A DNA stretch of 60,985 bases from Gaiellaceae bacterium (lineage in GTDB: Bacteria > Actinomycetota > Thermoleophilia > Gaiellales > Gaiellaceae). The stretch covers positions 1-60,985 of the forward strand of contig DASUXI010000048.1 in assembly GCA_036377995.1 (NCBI GenBank), written 5' to 3'. The notes beneath the pieces were generated by a model. The model was not told the DNA's origin and made no database searches. It saw only the letters and a program-made list of their open reading frames with translations. Positions 37,201 through 46,874 of this stretch are shown here, piece by piece; within the stretch, counting starts at the first letter, position 1, and every line of letters begins with the position of its first letter. The translations under genes and the position numbers were made by a program.

Positions 37201-37596
37201 ATGGCCGCCACCGAGACCTATCCAGAGGACCTCAAGTACCACACAGAACACGACTGGGCGCGCATCGAGGGCGACGAGGCCGTGCTGGGGATCACCTGGT
37301 TCGCGCAGGACTCGCTCGGGGAGCTCGTGCACTACGAGGCTCCGAAGGAGGGTGACTCCGTGGCGAAGGACTCGCCCTACGGGGAGATCGAGTCGGTGAA
37401 GGCGGTCTCGGACCTGATCGCGCCGCTCTCCGGCGAGGTGATCGAGGTGAACCAGAAGGTCGTCGAGGAGCCGGAGACCGTGAACGCCGATCCCTACGGC
37501 GAGGGCTGGCTGGTGCGCATTCGCCTCAGCGATCCCGCGCAGGCGGACGCGCTGCTGGACGTCGACGCGTACAAGCAGGTCGTCGCAGAATCCTGA
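37201..37596 (+). CDS. gcvH: Glycine cleavage system H protein
   Basis: YHTEHDWARIEG, and the lipoyl-lysine context GEIESVKAVSDLIAP. Confidence 0.93.
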   Translation: MAATETYPEDLKYHTEHDWARIEGDEAVLGITWFAQDSLGELVHYEAPKEGDSVAKDSPYGEIESVKAVSDLIAPLSGEVIEVNQKVVEEPETVNADPYGEGWLVRIRLSDPAQADALLDVDAYKQVVAES

Positions 37597-37597
37597 G

Positions 37598-38929
37598 TTG
37601 GGCTATCTCTCACTGACAGACGCGGACCGCGAGACGATGCTCGCGGCGATCGGAGTCTCCTCGGTGGAGGAGCTCTTCCGGGACGTCCCTCCCGGCGTCC
37701 GCTTCGACAGGGCGCTCGCGCTCGAGCCGCCGCTCGGCGAGCAAGAGCTCACACGTCACCTCGAGGAGCTCGCGGCCCGGAACACCGACACGAGCCGGGA
37801 GCTCTCGTTCCTCGGGGCGGGGATCTACGACCACTACGTCCCGGCGATCGTCGACGCGGTGCTTCAGCGCGGCGAGTTCCTGACGGCGTACACCCCGTAT
37901 CAGCCGGAGCTGAGCCAGGGTGTCCTGCAGGCGATCTTCGAATACCAGACCGTGATCTGCGAGCTCACTGGCATGGACGTCTCGAACGCGTCCGGCTACG
38001 ACGGCACGACCGTCGCGGCCGACGCCTGCTTCATCGCCAAGCACGCGACCGGCCGCACGAAGGTCGTGATCACCGAGGCCACGAACCCGCAGGTTCGTCA
38101 GGTCGTGAAGACGTATGCGCCCGGGTTCGGGCTCCAGGTCGTCGAGGTCGCGCACCGTGGCGGGACGACGGATCCCGACGAGCTCCAGAAAGCCGTGGCT
38201 GATGCCGCTTGCGTCATCTTCCAGCAGCCGAACTTCTTCGGCTGCCTCGAGCCGGCTCCGGATCTGGCGACCGTGGCGAACGAGGCGGAAGCGATCGCCG
38301 TCGCGCACGTGGACCCGATCTCGCTCGGCGTGCTGGAGGCTCCCGGGTCGTACGGCTGCGGCATCGCCATCGGCGAAGGCCAGGGTGCCGGTAACTACCA
38401 GTCGTTCGCAGGCCCGCACTACGGGTTCCTGGCCGCCAAGACCGAGTTCACCCGGCGGATGCCCGGTCGGATCGTGGGGGAGACTGTCGACGCCGCCGGT
38501 GAACGCGGCTATGTCCTGACCTTGCAGACCCGTGAGCAGCACATCCGCCGTGAGAAGGCCACGTCGAACATCACGACGAACCAGACGCTTCTCGCCCTCG
38601 GCGGGCTCGTGTACCTCTCGTGGCTCGGGCCGCAGGGCCTGCGCGAGCTGGGGGAGACCTGCATGAGCCTCGCCGAGCATGCGAAGCGCAGGCTGGTCGA
38701 TGCGGGGCTCGAGCTCGTGTTCTCCGACCGGGCAACGTTCAAGGAGTTTGCCGTGCGCACCGGACGACCTGCGAAGGAGGCGATCCGCCAGGCGCGGGCG
38801 CACGGAGTGCACCCGGGTTATCCGCTCGGCCGAGATTACGAAGGTCTCGACGACGCCGTGCTGGTCGCGCTCACGGAACGGCGGAGGCCGGAGGACGTTG
38901 ATCGGCTCGTCGAGGCGCTGACCCGATGA
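37598..38929 (+). CDS. gcvPA: Glycine dehydrogenase (decarboxylating) subunit 1
   Basis: TTG start 1 nt after the gcvH stop. FLGAGIYDHYVPA, YTPYQPELSQG, TREQHIRREKATSNITTNQ. Confidence 0.9.
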   Translation: MGYLSLTDADRETMLAAIGVSSVEELFRDVPPGVRFDRALALEPPLGEQELTRHLEELAARNTDTSRELSFLGAGIYDHYVPAIVDAVLQRGEFLTAYTPYQPELSQGVLQAIFEYQTVICELTGMDVSNASGYDGTTVAADACFIAKHATGRTKVVITEATNPQVRQVVKTYAPGFGLQVVEVAHRGGTTDPDELQKAVADAACVIFQQPNFFGCLEPAPDLATVANEAEAIAVAHVDPISLGVLEAPGSYGCGIAIGEGQGAGNYQSFAGPHYGFLAAKTEFTRRMPGRIVGETVDAAGERGYVLTLQTREQHIRREKATSNITTNQTLLALGGLVYLSWLGPQGLRELGETCMSLAEHAKRRLVDAGLELVFSDRATFKEFAVRTGRPAKEAIRQARAHGVHPGYPLGRDYEGLDDAVLVALTERRRPEDVDRLVEALTR

Positions 38930-40395
38930 AGCTCATCTTCGAGAAGTCGCGCGAAGGCCGACGTGGCGGGGAGCTGCCCCACTACGACCTCCCGCGCGTC
39001 GAGGTTCCGGAGGAATTGCGTCGCAGGGAGGCTCCCCGCCTGCCCGAGCTCGCGGAGCCGGAGGTGCTGAGGCACTTCACCGAGCTGTCGACGCGCAACT
39101 TCGGGATCGACACGGGCTTCTACCCACTCGGCTCTTGCACGATGAAATACAACCCGCGCGTCAACGAGCGCCTCGTGATGCTCCCGGGCTTCCGCGACCT
39201 CCACCCCTACCAGGAGGAGGACGAGATCCAGGGCGCGCTGGAGCTGATGTGGCGGCTGCAGGAGATCCTGATCGAGGTGTGCGGGCTTCACGCCTGCTCG
39301 CTCCAGCCGGCGGCCGGATCGCAGGGCGAGCTCACGGGGCTGATGCTGATCCGCGCTTATTTCGCGGATCGGGGCGAGGGCGACCAGCGCGACACCATCA
39401 TCACCGCCGACACCGCGCACGGGACGAACCCGGCCAGCGTCACCATGTCGGGCTACAAGCTCGCCAAGGCCAGGACCGACGAGCGCGGCAACGTCGACGT
39501 CGCGCACCTGCGGGAGCTGGTCGACGAGCGCACGGCCGGGCTCATGCTCACGAACCCGTCGACGCTCGGGCTCTTCGACGAGCACATCGAGGAGATCGCC
39601 GAGATCTTTCACGGCGCGGGCGCGCTCCTCTACTACGACGGCGCCAACCTGAACGCCGTCTGCGGCATCTCACGCCCGGGCGACATGGGCTTCGACATCG
39701 TGCACATCAACCTGCACAAGACGTTCTCGCAGCCGCATGGGGGCGGGGGTCCCGGCGGCGGCCCGATCGTCGTCCGTGACATGCTCGAGCCGTTCCTCCC
39801 GGTGCCGGCCGTCGTCAGGGACGGCGAGCGGTTCCGGCTCGACTACGAGCGGCCGAAGTCGATCGGAAAGGTGCGTGGCTACACCGGCCCGTTCGGTGTC
39901 TTCGTGCGCTCGTATGCCTTCATCAGGTCCTACGGGCCTCGCCTGCGGGAGATGTCTGAGGCCGCCGTCCTGAACGCCAACTACCTGCTCGCGCGGCTGA
40001 AGGACGTCTACGAACTCCCGTACGACCGCCTCTGCATGCACGAGTTCGTCCTCAGCGCGCGCAGGCTCAAGCGCGAGCACGGGATCACCGCGCTGGACGT
40101 CGCCAAGCGGCTGATGGACTACGGCTTTCATCCGCCGACGATCTACTTTCCGCTCGTCGTTCCCGAAGCGCTGATGATCGAGCCGACCGAGACGGAGGCC
40201 AGGGAGACGCTCGACGCCTTCGCTGACGCGATGCTCGCGATCGTGCGAGAGGCGGAGACGGATCCGGAGACGATCCACTCCGCGCCGCATGGTCGTCCCG
40301 TGCAACGGCTGGACGAGGTTCGCGCGGCGAAACAGGCGATCGTGAAGCACTCCTTCGACACGAAGTCCGCCGTCCCGGTTCCCGGCGAGAGCTAA
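38926..40395 (+). CDS. gcvPB: Glycine dehydrogenase (decarboxylating) subunit 2
   Basis: ATGA overlap with gcvPA. YPLGSCTMKYNP, and the PLP-lysine context NLHKTFSQPHGGGGPG. Confidence 0.9.
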   Translation: MKLIFEKSREGRRGGELPHYDLPRVEVPEELRRREAPRLPELAEPEVLRHFTELSTRNFGIDTGFYPLGSCTMKYNPRVNERLVMLPGFRDLHPYQEEDEIQGALELMWRLQEILIEVCGLHACSLQPAAGSQGELTGLMLIRAYFADRGEGDQRDTIITADTAHGTNPASVTMSGYKLAKARTDERGNVDVAHLRELVDERTAGLMLTNPSTLGLFDEHIEEIAEIFHGAGALLYYDGANLNAVCGISRPGDMGFDIVHINLHKTFSQPHGGGGPGGGPIVVRDMLEPFLPVPAVVRDGERFRLDYERPKSIGKVRGYTGPFGVFVRSYAFIRSYGPRLREMSEAAVLNANYLLARLKDVYELPYDRLCMHEFVLSARRLKREHGITALDVAKRLMDYGFHPPTIYFPLVVPEALMIEPTETEARETLDAFADAMLAIVREAETDPETIHSAPHGRPVQRLDEVRAAKQAIVKHSFDTKSAVPVPGES

Positions 40396-40405
40396 CCCGA
40401 GATCG

Positions 40406-41062
40406 TCAGGCTGCGAGCGGCAGCGACAGCTGCGTCAGGCCGAGTCGCTCGAAGACGCGCTCGACCTCGAGGGCGACGACCTCGAACTGCCCGGCCGGCC
40501 ACAGATGCGGGTCGTCTTCGGCCTGGAGCCTCTCGAGCCTACGTTGGAGGCTCGCGTCCTCCGACCGAAGCAGGACTGTCTGCGCGTAGCACCGCGCCCA
40601 GACCTCGTGTACCGACTGGAAGTACCGCTGGCGTCCGTGGCCTCCCGGCAACGAGCGCTTCTCGAGCGACGTTGCGACGTCGCGCCACAGGGCGAACGCC
40701 GGGTGAACCTCGGATGCCCACGACCGTGACTTCCGGCTGTAGTAGCTCTGATGGTCGAGCAGATGTCCGAGCTCGTGCAGGAACCCGAGTGCCGCGCGCC
40801 CGCCGAGGCGCGACACGCGCACGTCGATCGGGTCTCGCTTTCGGAAGCGATACGCGCCGGCCTCGCTCGTCGTCGCAGTCGAACGCACGGGCACGGGCTC
40901 GAGATCCGAGCGGAGGCCGTGGAGACGCGATGCAGCGGCGAGTGCCCGCTCGAGCTCGGGCATGAGCGGGCTGCGCCGCGGCAAGGCGATCACGTCCTCG
41001 AGTGCGCGAAGACGCGGCTTGCCTTCGCGCCCGACGCAGCGCGGATACTGGCGTTGCCCCAC
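40406..41062 (-). CDS. HExxH (HELGH) putative zinc-metallopeptidase-like protein, family not recognised
   Basis: GFLHELGHLLDHQ, then HEVWARCYAQ. The start is GTG 41062 or ATG 40963. The 304-aa ORF extension overlaps the upstream small gene and is Ser-rich junk. Confidence 0.55.
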   Translation of the reverse strand: MGQRQYPRCVGREGKPRLRALEDVIALPRRSPLMPELERALAAASRLHGLRSDLEPVPVRSTATTSEAGAYRFRKRDPIDVRVSRLGGRAALGFLHELGHLLDHQSYYSRKSRSWASEVHPAFALWRDVATSLEKRSLPGGHGRQRYFQSVHEVWARCYAQTVLLRSEDASLQRRLERLQAEDDPHLWPAGQFEVVALEVERVFERLGLTQLSLPLAA

Positions 41063-41106
41063 GAGTAAATAGTCGGATCCGTGTCGGACGGACTTGAGCG
41101 CGGAGA

Positions 41107-41135
41107 TTCGAGCGAAAGCATCGCTTTCGCTCGAA
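41107..41135 (-). terminator. Perfect 13-bp stem / 3-nt loop hairpin between two minus-strand genes
   Basis: TTCGAGCGAAAGC (41107-19), ATC, GCTTTCGCTCGAA (41123-35). It begins 7 nt downstream of the 41142 stop. No U-tract follows. Confidence 0.45.
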
Positions 41136-41141
41136 ATCCAC

Positions 41142-41357
41142 TTAGTAGAGGTCCTCGAGGTCGTCGGCGACGACGACCACGTTCTCCCGCTTCCGACGGA
41201 TGAGCTCGCAGACTCCGAGTAGGGCCACGACGGCCGCGAGGACGCCGAGGCTCGTCCAGGCGACGGCGAGCCACATGAGGACGAGAACGCCCACGCCGAG
41301 ACGCTGACCCACGGGGTCATGCCGCAGAAACCGCATGAGCACGACGGCTTGCTTCAC
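41142..41357 (-). CDS. Small membrane protein (71 aa) with acidic C-terminus
   Basis: GTG 41357 is preceded by GGAGAGGAGGAAGCCAA (strong SD). Hydrophobic core [30 protein letters not shown]. Ends in ADDLEDLY. Confidence 0.6.
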   Translation of the reverse strand: MKQAVVLMRFLRHDPVGQRLGVGVLVLMWLAVAWTSLGVLAAVVALLGVCELIRRKRENVVVVADDLEDLY

Positions 41358-41473
41358 TTGGCTTCCTCCTCTCCACCGCAGGATCGGCCCTTGGGAGGCC
41401 TATGTCTATCCCTCGAACGCGTAATGCGACGCTGGTTCGCAAGACTGTAGGGAGGAATCGAAAGAGGAGGAAA

Positions 41474-41866
41474 GTGCCGAAAGTCGAGAAGACCGAACGT
41501 GAGTGGCGGGCCGAGCTCGACCCCGAGCGGTACCGCGTCCTACGCGAGAAGGGCACCGAGGCTCCGTTCTCGGGGGAGTACGACCACACCTTCGAGCCGG
41601 GCACCTATCGCTGCGCGGGCTGCGGCGCCGAGCTCTTCAGCTCCGAGGCGAAGTACGACTCGGGCTGTGGCTGGCCCGCGTTCTCGAGCCCCGCGAACAC
41701 GGAGGCGGTCGACGAGGAGACAGACACCACCTACGGAGTGGTTCGAACCGAGGTCATGTGCTCGAGTTGCGGCGGCCATCTCGGCCACGTGTTTCCGGAC
41801 GGCCCCGCGCCGACCGGCCTGCGGTACTGCATCAACTCGGTGTCACTGGAACTGGAGGAGGAGTAG
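41474..41866 (+). CDS. msrB: Peptide-methionine (R)-S-oxide reductase
   Basis: AGGAGG sits just upstream of GTG 41474. Zn CxxC pairs CAGCGAELF and [12 protein letters not shown]; catalytic RYCINS. Confidence 0.9.
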   Translation: MPKVEKTEREWRAELDPERYRVLREKGTEAPFSGEYDHTFEPGTYRCAGCGAELFSSEAKYDSGCGWPAFSSPANTEAVDEETDTTYGVVRTEVMCSSCGGHLGHVFPDGPAPTGLRYCINSVSLELEEE

Positions 41867-42351
41867 TGGAGAAGAAGGCAACGTTCGGCGCCGGCTGCTT
41901 CTGGGGCGTCGAGGCGGCGTTCAGGCAGCTCGACGGCGTGACCCGGACGCGGGTGGGCTACAGCGGCGGCAAGCTCGACAACCCGACATACGAGGACGTG
42001 TGCTCGCACACGACCGGGCACGCCGAGGTCGTCGAGGTCACCTATGACCCCGACAAGGTCACGTACGAGCAGCTTCTGGACGTCTTCTGGGGCAAGCACG
42101 ATCCGACGCAGCTGAACCGGCAGGGCTGGGACATCGGCGATCAGTACCGCTCGGTGATCTTCTTCCAGGACGCCGAGCAGCAGGAGACCGCGCTCCGGTC
42201 GAAGGCCGCCGAGCAGGCTCGCTGGTCGGCGCCGATCGTGACGCAGGTCGAGCCGGCGGAGACCTTCTACGAGGCGGAGGACTACCACCAGCAGTACCTC
42301 GAGAAGCGCGGCCGCTCCTCCTGCACGCCCGCGCTGCGCGCGGCGAGCTAG
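41866..42351 (+). CDS. msrA: Peptide-methionine (S)-S-oxide reductase
   Basis: GTG 41866 overlaps the msrB TAG by 1 nt. [30 protein letters not shown]. Confidence 0.9.
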   Translation: MEKKATFGAGCFWGVEAAFRQLDGVTRTRVGYSGGKLDNPTYEDVCSHTTGHAEVVEVTYDPDKVTYEQLLDVFWGKHDPTQLNRQGWDIGDQYRSVIFFQDAEQQETALRSKAAEQARWSAPIVTQVEPAETFYEAEDYHQQYLEKRGRSSCTPALRAAS

Positions 42352-42362
42352 AAGAGCCCGGC

Positions 42363-43493
42363 TCAGGCCACCTCGTCGAGCAGGGCTTCGAGCTCGTGGT
42401 CTCGGATCGCCGACACGAGCCGGCCGTCGGTCGCGAGCGCTGCATCCCCGAGAGCGCGCTCGCGGCTGTTGGCCTCCGCGGGGTCGACCGAAGCGAGCCA
42501 GAACGCGGTCCCCGCAAGGAGGACGAGCAGCGCGAGCCTGTACTCCAGCCGAAGGTCGCTTGCCCCATAGCCGCGAACGCCGCGCGTCGCGAGGAGCTTC
42601 ACGTAATGACCGAGCAGCTCGTCCTCGGCCGCACGCCGGTCGTCGACACTCAGCGATCCCGTCAGGAACAGAGCAAGATCCCAGGCCGGCGGGCCGACGG
42701 ACGCCGTCTGCCAGTCGAGGGCGGTGAACGGGCGGCCGCCTCGGTCGCCGGCGAAGACCACGTTGTCGAGGTGAAGGTCGCCGTGGATGAGCGTTTGGCC
42801 ACGCAGGTTCAGCATCTCGGTGACCGCGCCGAGCCGTGAGCGAAGCCGGTCGAGGATCCTCAGGACGTCCTGCGGCCCGGGAGTCGCGAGGACGCTGTCG
42901 ATCCGTGCTGCGTACCGTTTCTGCCGCGTTCTCGGGTCGTCGTCCCAGGCCGGAAATCCACGCGTGCCGGCCGGTTCGCCCCACCACAACGCGTGGAACG
43001 GCGCCAACGCGTCGATCATCCTCGCGGCGTCGTCGACCGAGCAGCCGCGCAGGACATCCCCCTGGCGGCCACCACTCACGTCCTCGAGCAACAGGACGAC
43101 TCGCCGGCTTTCATCGTCCACGGCCGAGTAGTAGTGGTCGGGAGCAAACGCTGCTCCGATCCTCTGGTAGAACGCAACCTCGCGCGCGCAGCGTTCGAAG
43201 TAGCGCAGTCTCCGACCTGCGTCCCGCTCCTGCAAGGCGTGGTACCCGGAGGCGGCGACTCGCGCCATCGGCAGCTTTGCGATCAACGACGGCGGCGCGT
43301 CAACCGTCGAATCCTCGTATCGGAGCCGTACTCGCCCGATCACGCCGGTGAAGCCATACAGCTGACCGATCTGCTCCGAGTGAGCAGCGGCGACGCGTCC
43401 GCCTCGGAGGACCGCCGCCTCCGTCAAGGCGGCCGTGAGCCACTCCGGGGTCACATCGGCGAGCGCCTCCGGTACCGGCAGCTCGTCGGACAT
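42363..43493 (-). CDS. Phosphotransferase-family protein (APH / choline-kinase / EcKL-like kinase fold)
   Basis: Catalytic loop LIHGDLHLDNVVF followed by LDWQ. The size and N-lobe are typical of aminoglycoside phosphotransferase-like kinases. Confidence 0.75.
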   Translation of the reverse strand: MSDELPVPEALADVTPEWLTAALTEAAVLRGGRVAAAHSEQIGQLYGFTGVIGRVRLRYEDSTVDAPPSLIAKLPMARVAASGYHALQERDAGRRLRYFERCAREVAFYQRIGAAFAPDHYYSAVDDESRRVVLLLEDVSGGRQGDVLRGCSVDDAARMIDALAPFHALWWGEPAGTRGFPAWDDDPRTRQKRYAARIDSVLATPGPQDVLRILDRLRSRLGAVTEMLNLRGQTLIHGDLHLDNVVFAGDRGGRPFTALDWQTASVGPPAWDLALFLTGSLSVDDRRAAEDELLGHYVKLLATRGVRGYGASDLRLEYRLALLVLLAGTAFWLASVDPAEANSRERALGDAALATDGRLVSAIRDHELEALLDEVA

Positions 43494-43508
43494 AGCCGTC
43501 CTCCTGCG

Positions 43509-44492
43509 TCAGCCGGTGGAGGCTGCGAGCTGGCCGCACGCGGCCGCGATCTCGCGGCCGCGTGTCAGGCGGACGGTTGCCGGCAGCCGGGCGCGGTCGA
43601 GCACGGCCTTGAACGCGGCGATCGCCTTCCGCGACGAGCCGTCGAACATTCCGGTCGGGTTGTACGGGATCAGGTTGACCTTGAACACCTTCGGGTCGAG
43701 CTGGCCTGCGAGAGCATCGGCCTGTTCGACCCGGTCGTTGACGCCCGCGAGCATCACGTACTCGGCGAAGACCCTGCGGCGACGCAGCTCGAAGTAGCGC
43801 CGGCATTCGGCGAGCACCTCCGCGAGCGGGTAGCGCGCGTTGACCGGCATCAGCTGCGTCCGCAGGTCGTCGGTGGGCGCATGCAGCGAGAGGGCGAGCC
43901 GGATCGGCTCCTCGACCTCGTCGACGAACCGCCGCAGCCCGGGCAGCCAACCGACAGTCGAGACTGTCGTCCGCCTCCACGTGATGCCGACGTCCGGAAG
44001 GGCGCGCGCGGCCTCGAGCACCGGGTCGAGGTTGAGCATCGGCTCGCCCATGCCCATGAACACCGCGTGGTCGACCGTCTCGAGGCGCCGGAAGTGGAGT
44101 GCCTGGTCGAGGATCTCCGAGGTCGTGAGATTCCGGCCGAACCGCATCTGTCCGGTGGCGCAGAACGTGCACGTGAGCGGGCAGCCGGACTGCGAAGACA
44201 GGCACAACGACCGCCGGCCGTCCCGGTAGCGCATCAGCACGGCCTCGACGGAATGGCCGTCGTGCGTGCGGAACAACGCCTTGACCGTGCCGTCGCTCGC
44301 CTTCGCCTCGTGAGCGAGCTCGAGCGTGGAGAACGGGACCGCCGAGGCGAGCTCGGCCCGCAGGGCGGAAGGGAGGTTCGTCATCTCCGAGTAGCCAGAG
44401 CTGCCGCGAGCGGCCCACCCCCACACCTGGCCGGCGCGATACGGGGGCTCACCCTGTTCCGCGAGACGCCGTTCGAGCAGCGCGCGATCCAC
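43509..44492 (-). CDS. rlmN: 23S rRNA (adenine2503-C2)-methyltransferase, radical SAM
   Basis: YRAGQVWGW N-terminus; radical-SAM CPLTCTFCATG; GMGEPMLN; second Cys context AACGQL. Confidence 0.9.
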   Translation of the reverse strand: MDRALLERRLAEQGEPPYRAGQVWGWAARGSSGYSEMTNLPSALRAELASAVPFSTLELAHEAKASDGTVKALFRTHDGHSVEAVLMRYRDGRRSLCLSSQSGCPLTCTFCATGQMRFGRNLTTSEILDQALHFRRLETVDHAVFMGMGEPMLNLDPVLEAARALPDVGITWRRTTVSTVGWLPGLRRFVDEVEEPIRLALSLHAPTDDLRTQLMPVNARYPLAEVLAECRRYFELRRRRVFAEYVMLAGVNDRVEQADALAGQLDPKVFKVNLIPYNPTGMFDGSSRKAIAAFKAVLDRARLPATVRLTRGREIAAACGQLAASTG

Positions 44493-44515
44493 GGTCGCCA
44501 GGGTAGCGTTGGGCT

Positions 44516-45550
44516 GTGATCGACCTCCGCTCGGACACCCTCACCCAGCCGACGCAGGCGATGCGCGACGCAATCGCGTCCGCCGCCGTCGGCGACGAGC
44601 AGAAACGGGAGGACCCGACCGTCAACGAGCTCGAGCGTCGTAGCGCCGAGTTCCTCGGACAGGAGGAGGCGGTCTTCCTGCCGACGGCGACGATGGCGAA
44701 CCAGATCGCGCTCAACATCCTCGGCCGGCCCGGCGACGCGCTCCTCGTCGAGCGGCACGCGCACATCATGTTGTCGGAGCTCGGTGGGCCCGCTGCGCAC
44801 TCCGGCCTGCTCACGATCGGGCTCGAGGGAACGCACGGGCGCTTCTCGCCGGATCAGGTCGTCGCGGAGATCCGGGACCGCACGAGCGTCCACGTCGCGC
44901 CGACGCGCATCCTGACGATCGAGAACACGCACAACAGCGCAGGCGGCCGCTTCTGGCCCCTGGAAGAGGTCGACGCGATCGTCGCAACGTGCCGCGAGCA
45001 CGAGCTCTACGCGCACCTCGACGGCGCCCGGCTCGTCAACGCGGCGGTGGGGGCCGGCGTCGAGCCGGCGCGGATCGGCCGCGGCTTCGACACCGTGACC
45101 CTCTGCTTCTCGAAAGGTCTCGGCTGTCCGCTCGGCGCCGTGATCGCGGGCTCCTCGGAGCTGATGGCCTCGGCCCGTCGCGGCAAGCACTACTTCGGCG
45201 GCGCGATGCGGCAAGCCGGGATCGTCGCTGCCGCCGCCCTCTACGCACTGGATCACCACGTCGAGCGGATCGCCGACGACCACGCGCGCGCGAAGCGGCT
45301 CGCCGAAGTGCTGCACGCGGCCGGAGTCGGGGTCGACCTCGACCAGGTGGAGACGAATTTCGTCCAGATCGACGTCGGCGAGGATCGCGCCGGTGCGATC
45401 GGGCGCCTGAAGGCGCACGGGGTGCTCGTCTCGACGACTGTGCATCCGACGGTCGTGCGAGCGGTGCTTCACCTCGACATCACCGACGACGACGTCGCCG
45501 CGGCGTCCGAGGCGATCCCAGCGGCGCTCGGGACGCTTGCAGCCGCCTGA
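44516..45550 (+). CDS. ltaE: Low-specificity L-threonine aldolase
   Basis: IDLRSDTLTQPT N-terminus; PLP-lysine context TLCFSKGLGCPLG; MRQAGIVAAA. Confidence 0.85.
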   Translation: MIDLRSDTLTQPTQAMRDAIASAAVGDEQKREDPTVNELERRSAEFLGQEEAVFLPTATMANQIALNILGRPGDALLVERHAHIMLSELGGPAAHSGLLTIGLEGTHGRFSPDQVVAEIRDRTSVHVAPTRILTIENTHNSAGGRFWPLEEVDAIVATCREHELYAHLDGARLVNAAVGAGVEPARIGRGFDTVTLCFSKGLGCPLGAVIAGSSELMASARRGKHYFGGAMRQAGIVAAAALYALDHHVERIADDHARAKRLAEVLHAAGVGVDLDQVETNFVQIDVGEDRAGAIGRLKAHGVLVSTTVHPTVVRAVLHLDITDDDVAAASEAIPAALGTLAAA

Positions 45551-46871
45551 GCTGCCGGCCGCCGAGCTGTCACGGCTCGTCCGGGAAGCGCAGGCCGACC
45601 AGCGGATCCCCTCGATCAGCGCCGCCGCTTTCGCTCGCGGCGAGGTCGTCTGGCAGGAGGCTCGCGGCCTCGCGCGCATTCCGGAGCGGATCGAGGCCAC
45701 GCCGGACACGCAGTACCGGATCGGGTCGATCACCAAGACGTTCACCGCTGCCGCAATCCTCCAGTTGCGGGACGCAGGCGCGCTCGACCTCGACGATCCT
45801 CTGGCCGCGCACCTGTCCGGGGCGGAGCACGGGACGGCGACTCTGCGGCGGCTGCTCAGCCATCGGTCCGGACTCCAGCGCGAGTTCCCGGGCCGTGTCT
45901 GGGAAACGCTCGAGTTCCCCGATCGCGAGAGCCTGCTAGGCGGCCTCGCCGGCGCGGAGCAGGTTCTGCCCGGAGGGGCCCGATGGCACTATTCGAACCT
46001 CGCCTTCGGGCTGCTCGGCGAGGTGATCGCACGCAGCTCGGGGCTGGGGTACGAGGACTATGTCCGTGAGCGCTTGCTCGAGCCGCTCGGCCTCGAGCGC
46101 ACCACTTTCGAGCCCGTCGAGCCCGCCGCCGGCGGGTACCTGGTGGAGCCGTACAGCGACCGGGCCCGCGCAGAGCCGGACGTCGTCAAGAAAGCGCTGG
46201 CTGCCGCCGGCTCCCTGTGGTCGACGACCGCGGACCTCGCGCACTGGGCGGACGCGCTCGTCGACGGCGCCGAGGGAGTCCTCTCGCCGGACACGGCCGC
46301 GGAGATGCGTCGCTTCCAGTCGATGGCGGATCTCGAGCGCTGGCGGCTGGGCTGGGGGCTCGGCGTGATGCTGATGCGGGAGGGCGACCGGATACTCATC
46401 GGTCACGGCGGCGCCATGCCGGGCTTCCTGACCGGCGTCGCGATCTCTCCGAGCGAGCGCGCCGGAGCCGTCGTGCTCGCGAATTCCGGCGCGGGAGCCG
46501 AGATCGAGGAGCTCGTCCGCCGGCTCGCCGCCCTCATCGCCGACGCGTACCCGGCCGAGCCGGACGCGTGGCTCCCCGCCGGCACCGTTCCGCCCGAGGT
46601 CGAGCCGCTGCTCGGGCGCTGGTGGTCGGAGGGAGCGGAGGTCGTGATCCGCTATCGGTCGGGCCGGCTCGAGGCACGGCCGGCAGCCGCGCCTGCGGAT
46701 GTGCCGTCGAGCGTGTTCGCGGTGGAGGGGGAGGGTCGCTTCCGCGGCATCTCCGGCCCCGAGGAGGGAGAGCTACTCGAGGTCGTGCGCGGCCCCAACG
46801 GCACCGTCTCGAAGCTGTATTGGGCCACGTACCCGCTCACCCGGTCGCCGCAGCAGCCGTTCGGCGGCTGA
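45537..46871 (+). CDS. Serine hydrolase, beta-lactamase (class C-like)/DD-peptidase family
   Basis: SxxK motif IGSITKTF, YxN motif HYSNLAF, and later HGGAMPG. TTG 45537 overlaps the ltaE end by 14 nt. Confidence 0.8.
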   Translation: MQPPELPAAELSRLVREAQADQRIPSISAAAFARGEVVWQEARGLARIPERIEATPDTQYRIGSITKTFTAAAILQLRDAGALDLDDPLAAHLSGAEHGTATLRRLLSHRSGLQREFPGRVWETLEFPDRESLLGGLAGAEQVLPGGARWHYSNLAFGLLGEVIARSSGLGYEDYVRERLLEPLGLERTTFEPVEPAAGGYLVEPYSDRARAEPDVVKKALAAAGSLWSTTADLAHWADALVDGAEGVLSPDTAAEMRRFQSMADLERWRLGWGLGVMLMREGDRILIGHGGAMPGFLTGVAISPSERAGAVVLANSGAGAEIEELVRRLAALIADAYPAEPDAWLPAGTVPPEVEPLLGRWWSEGAEVVIRYRSGRLEARPAAAPADVPSSVFAVEGEGRFRGISGPEEGELLEVVRGPNGTVSKLYWATYPLTRSPQQPFGG

Positions 46872-46874
46872 CGG

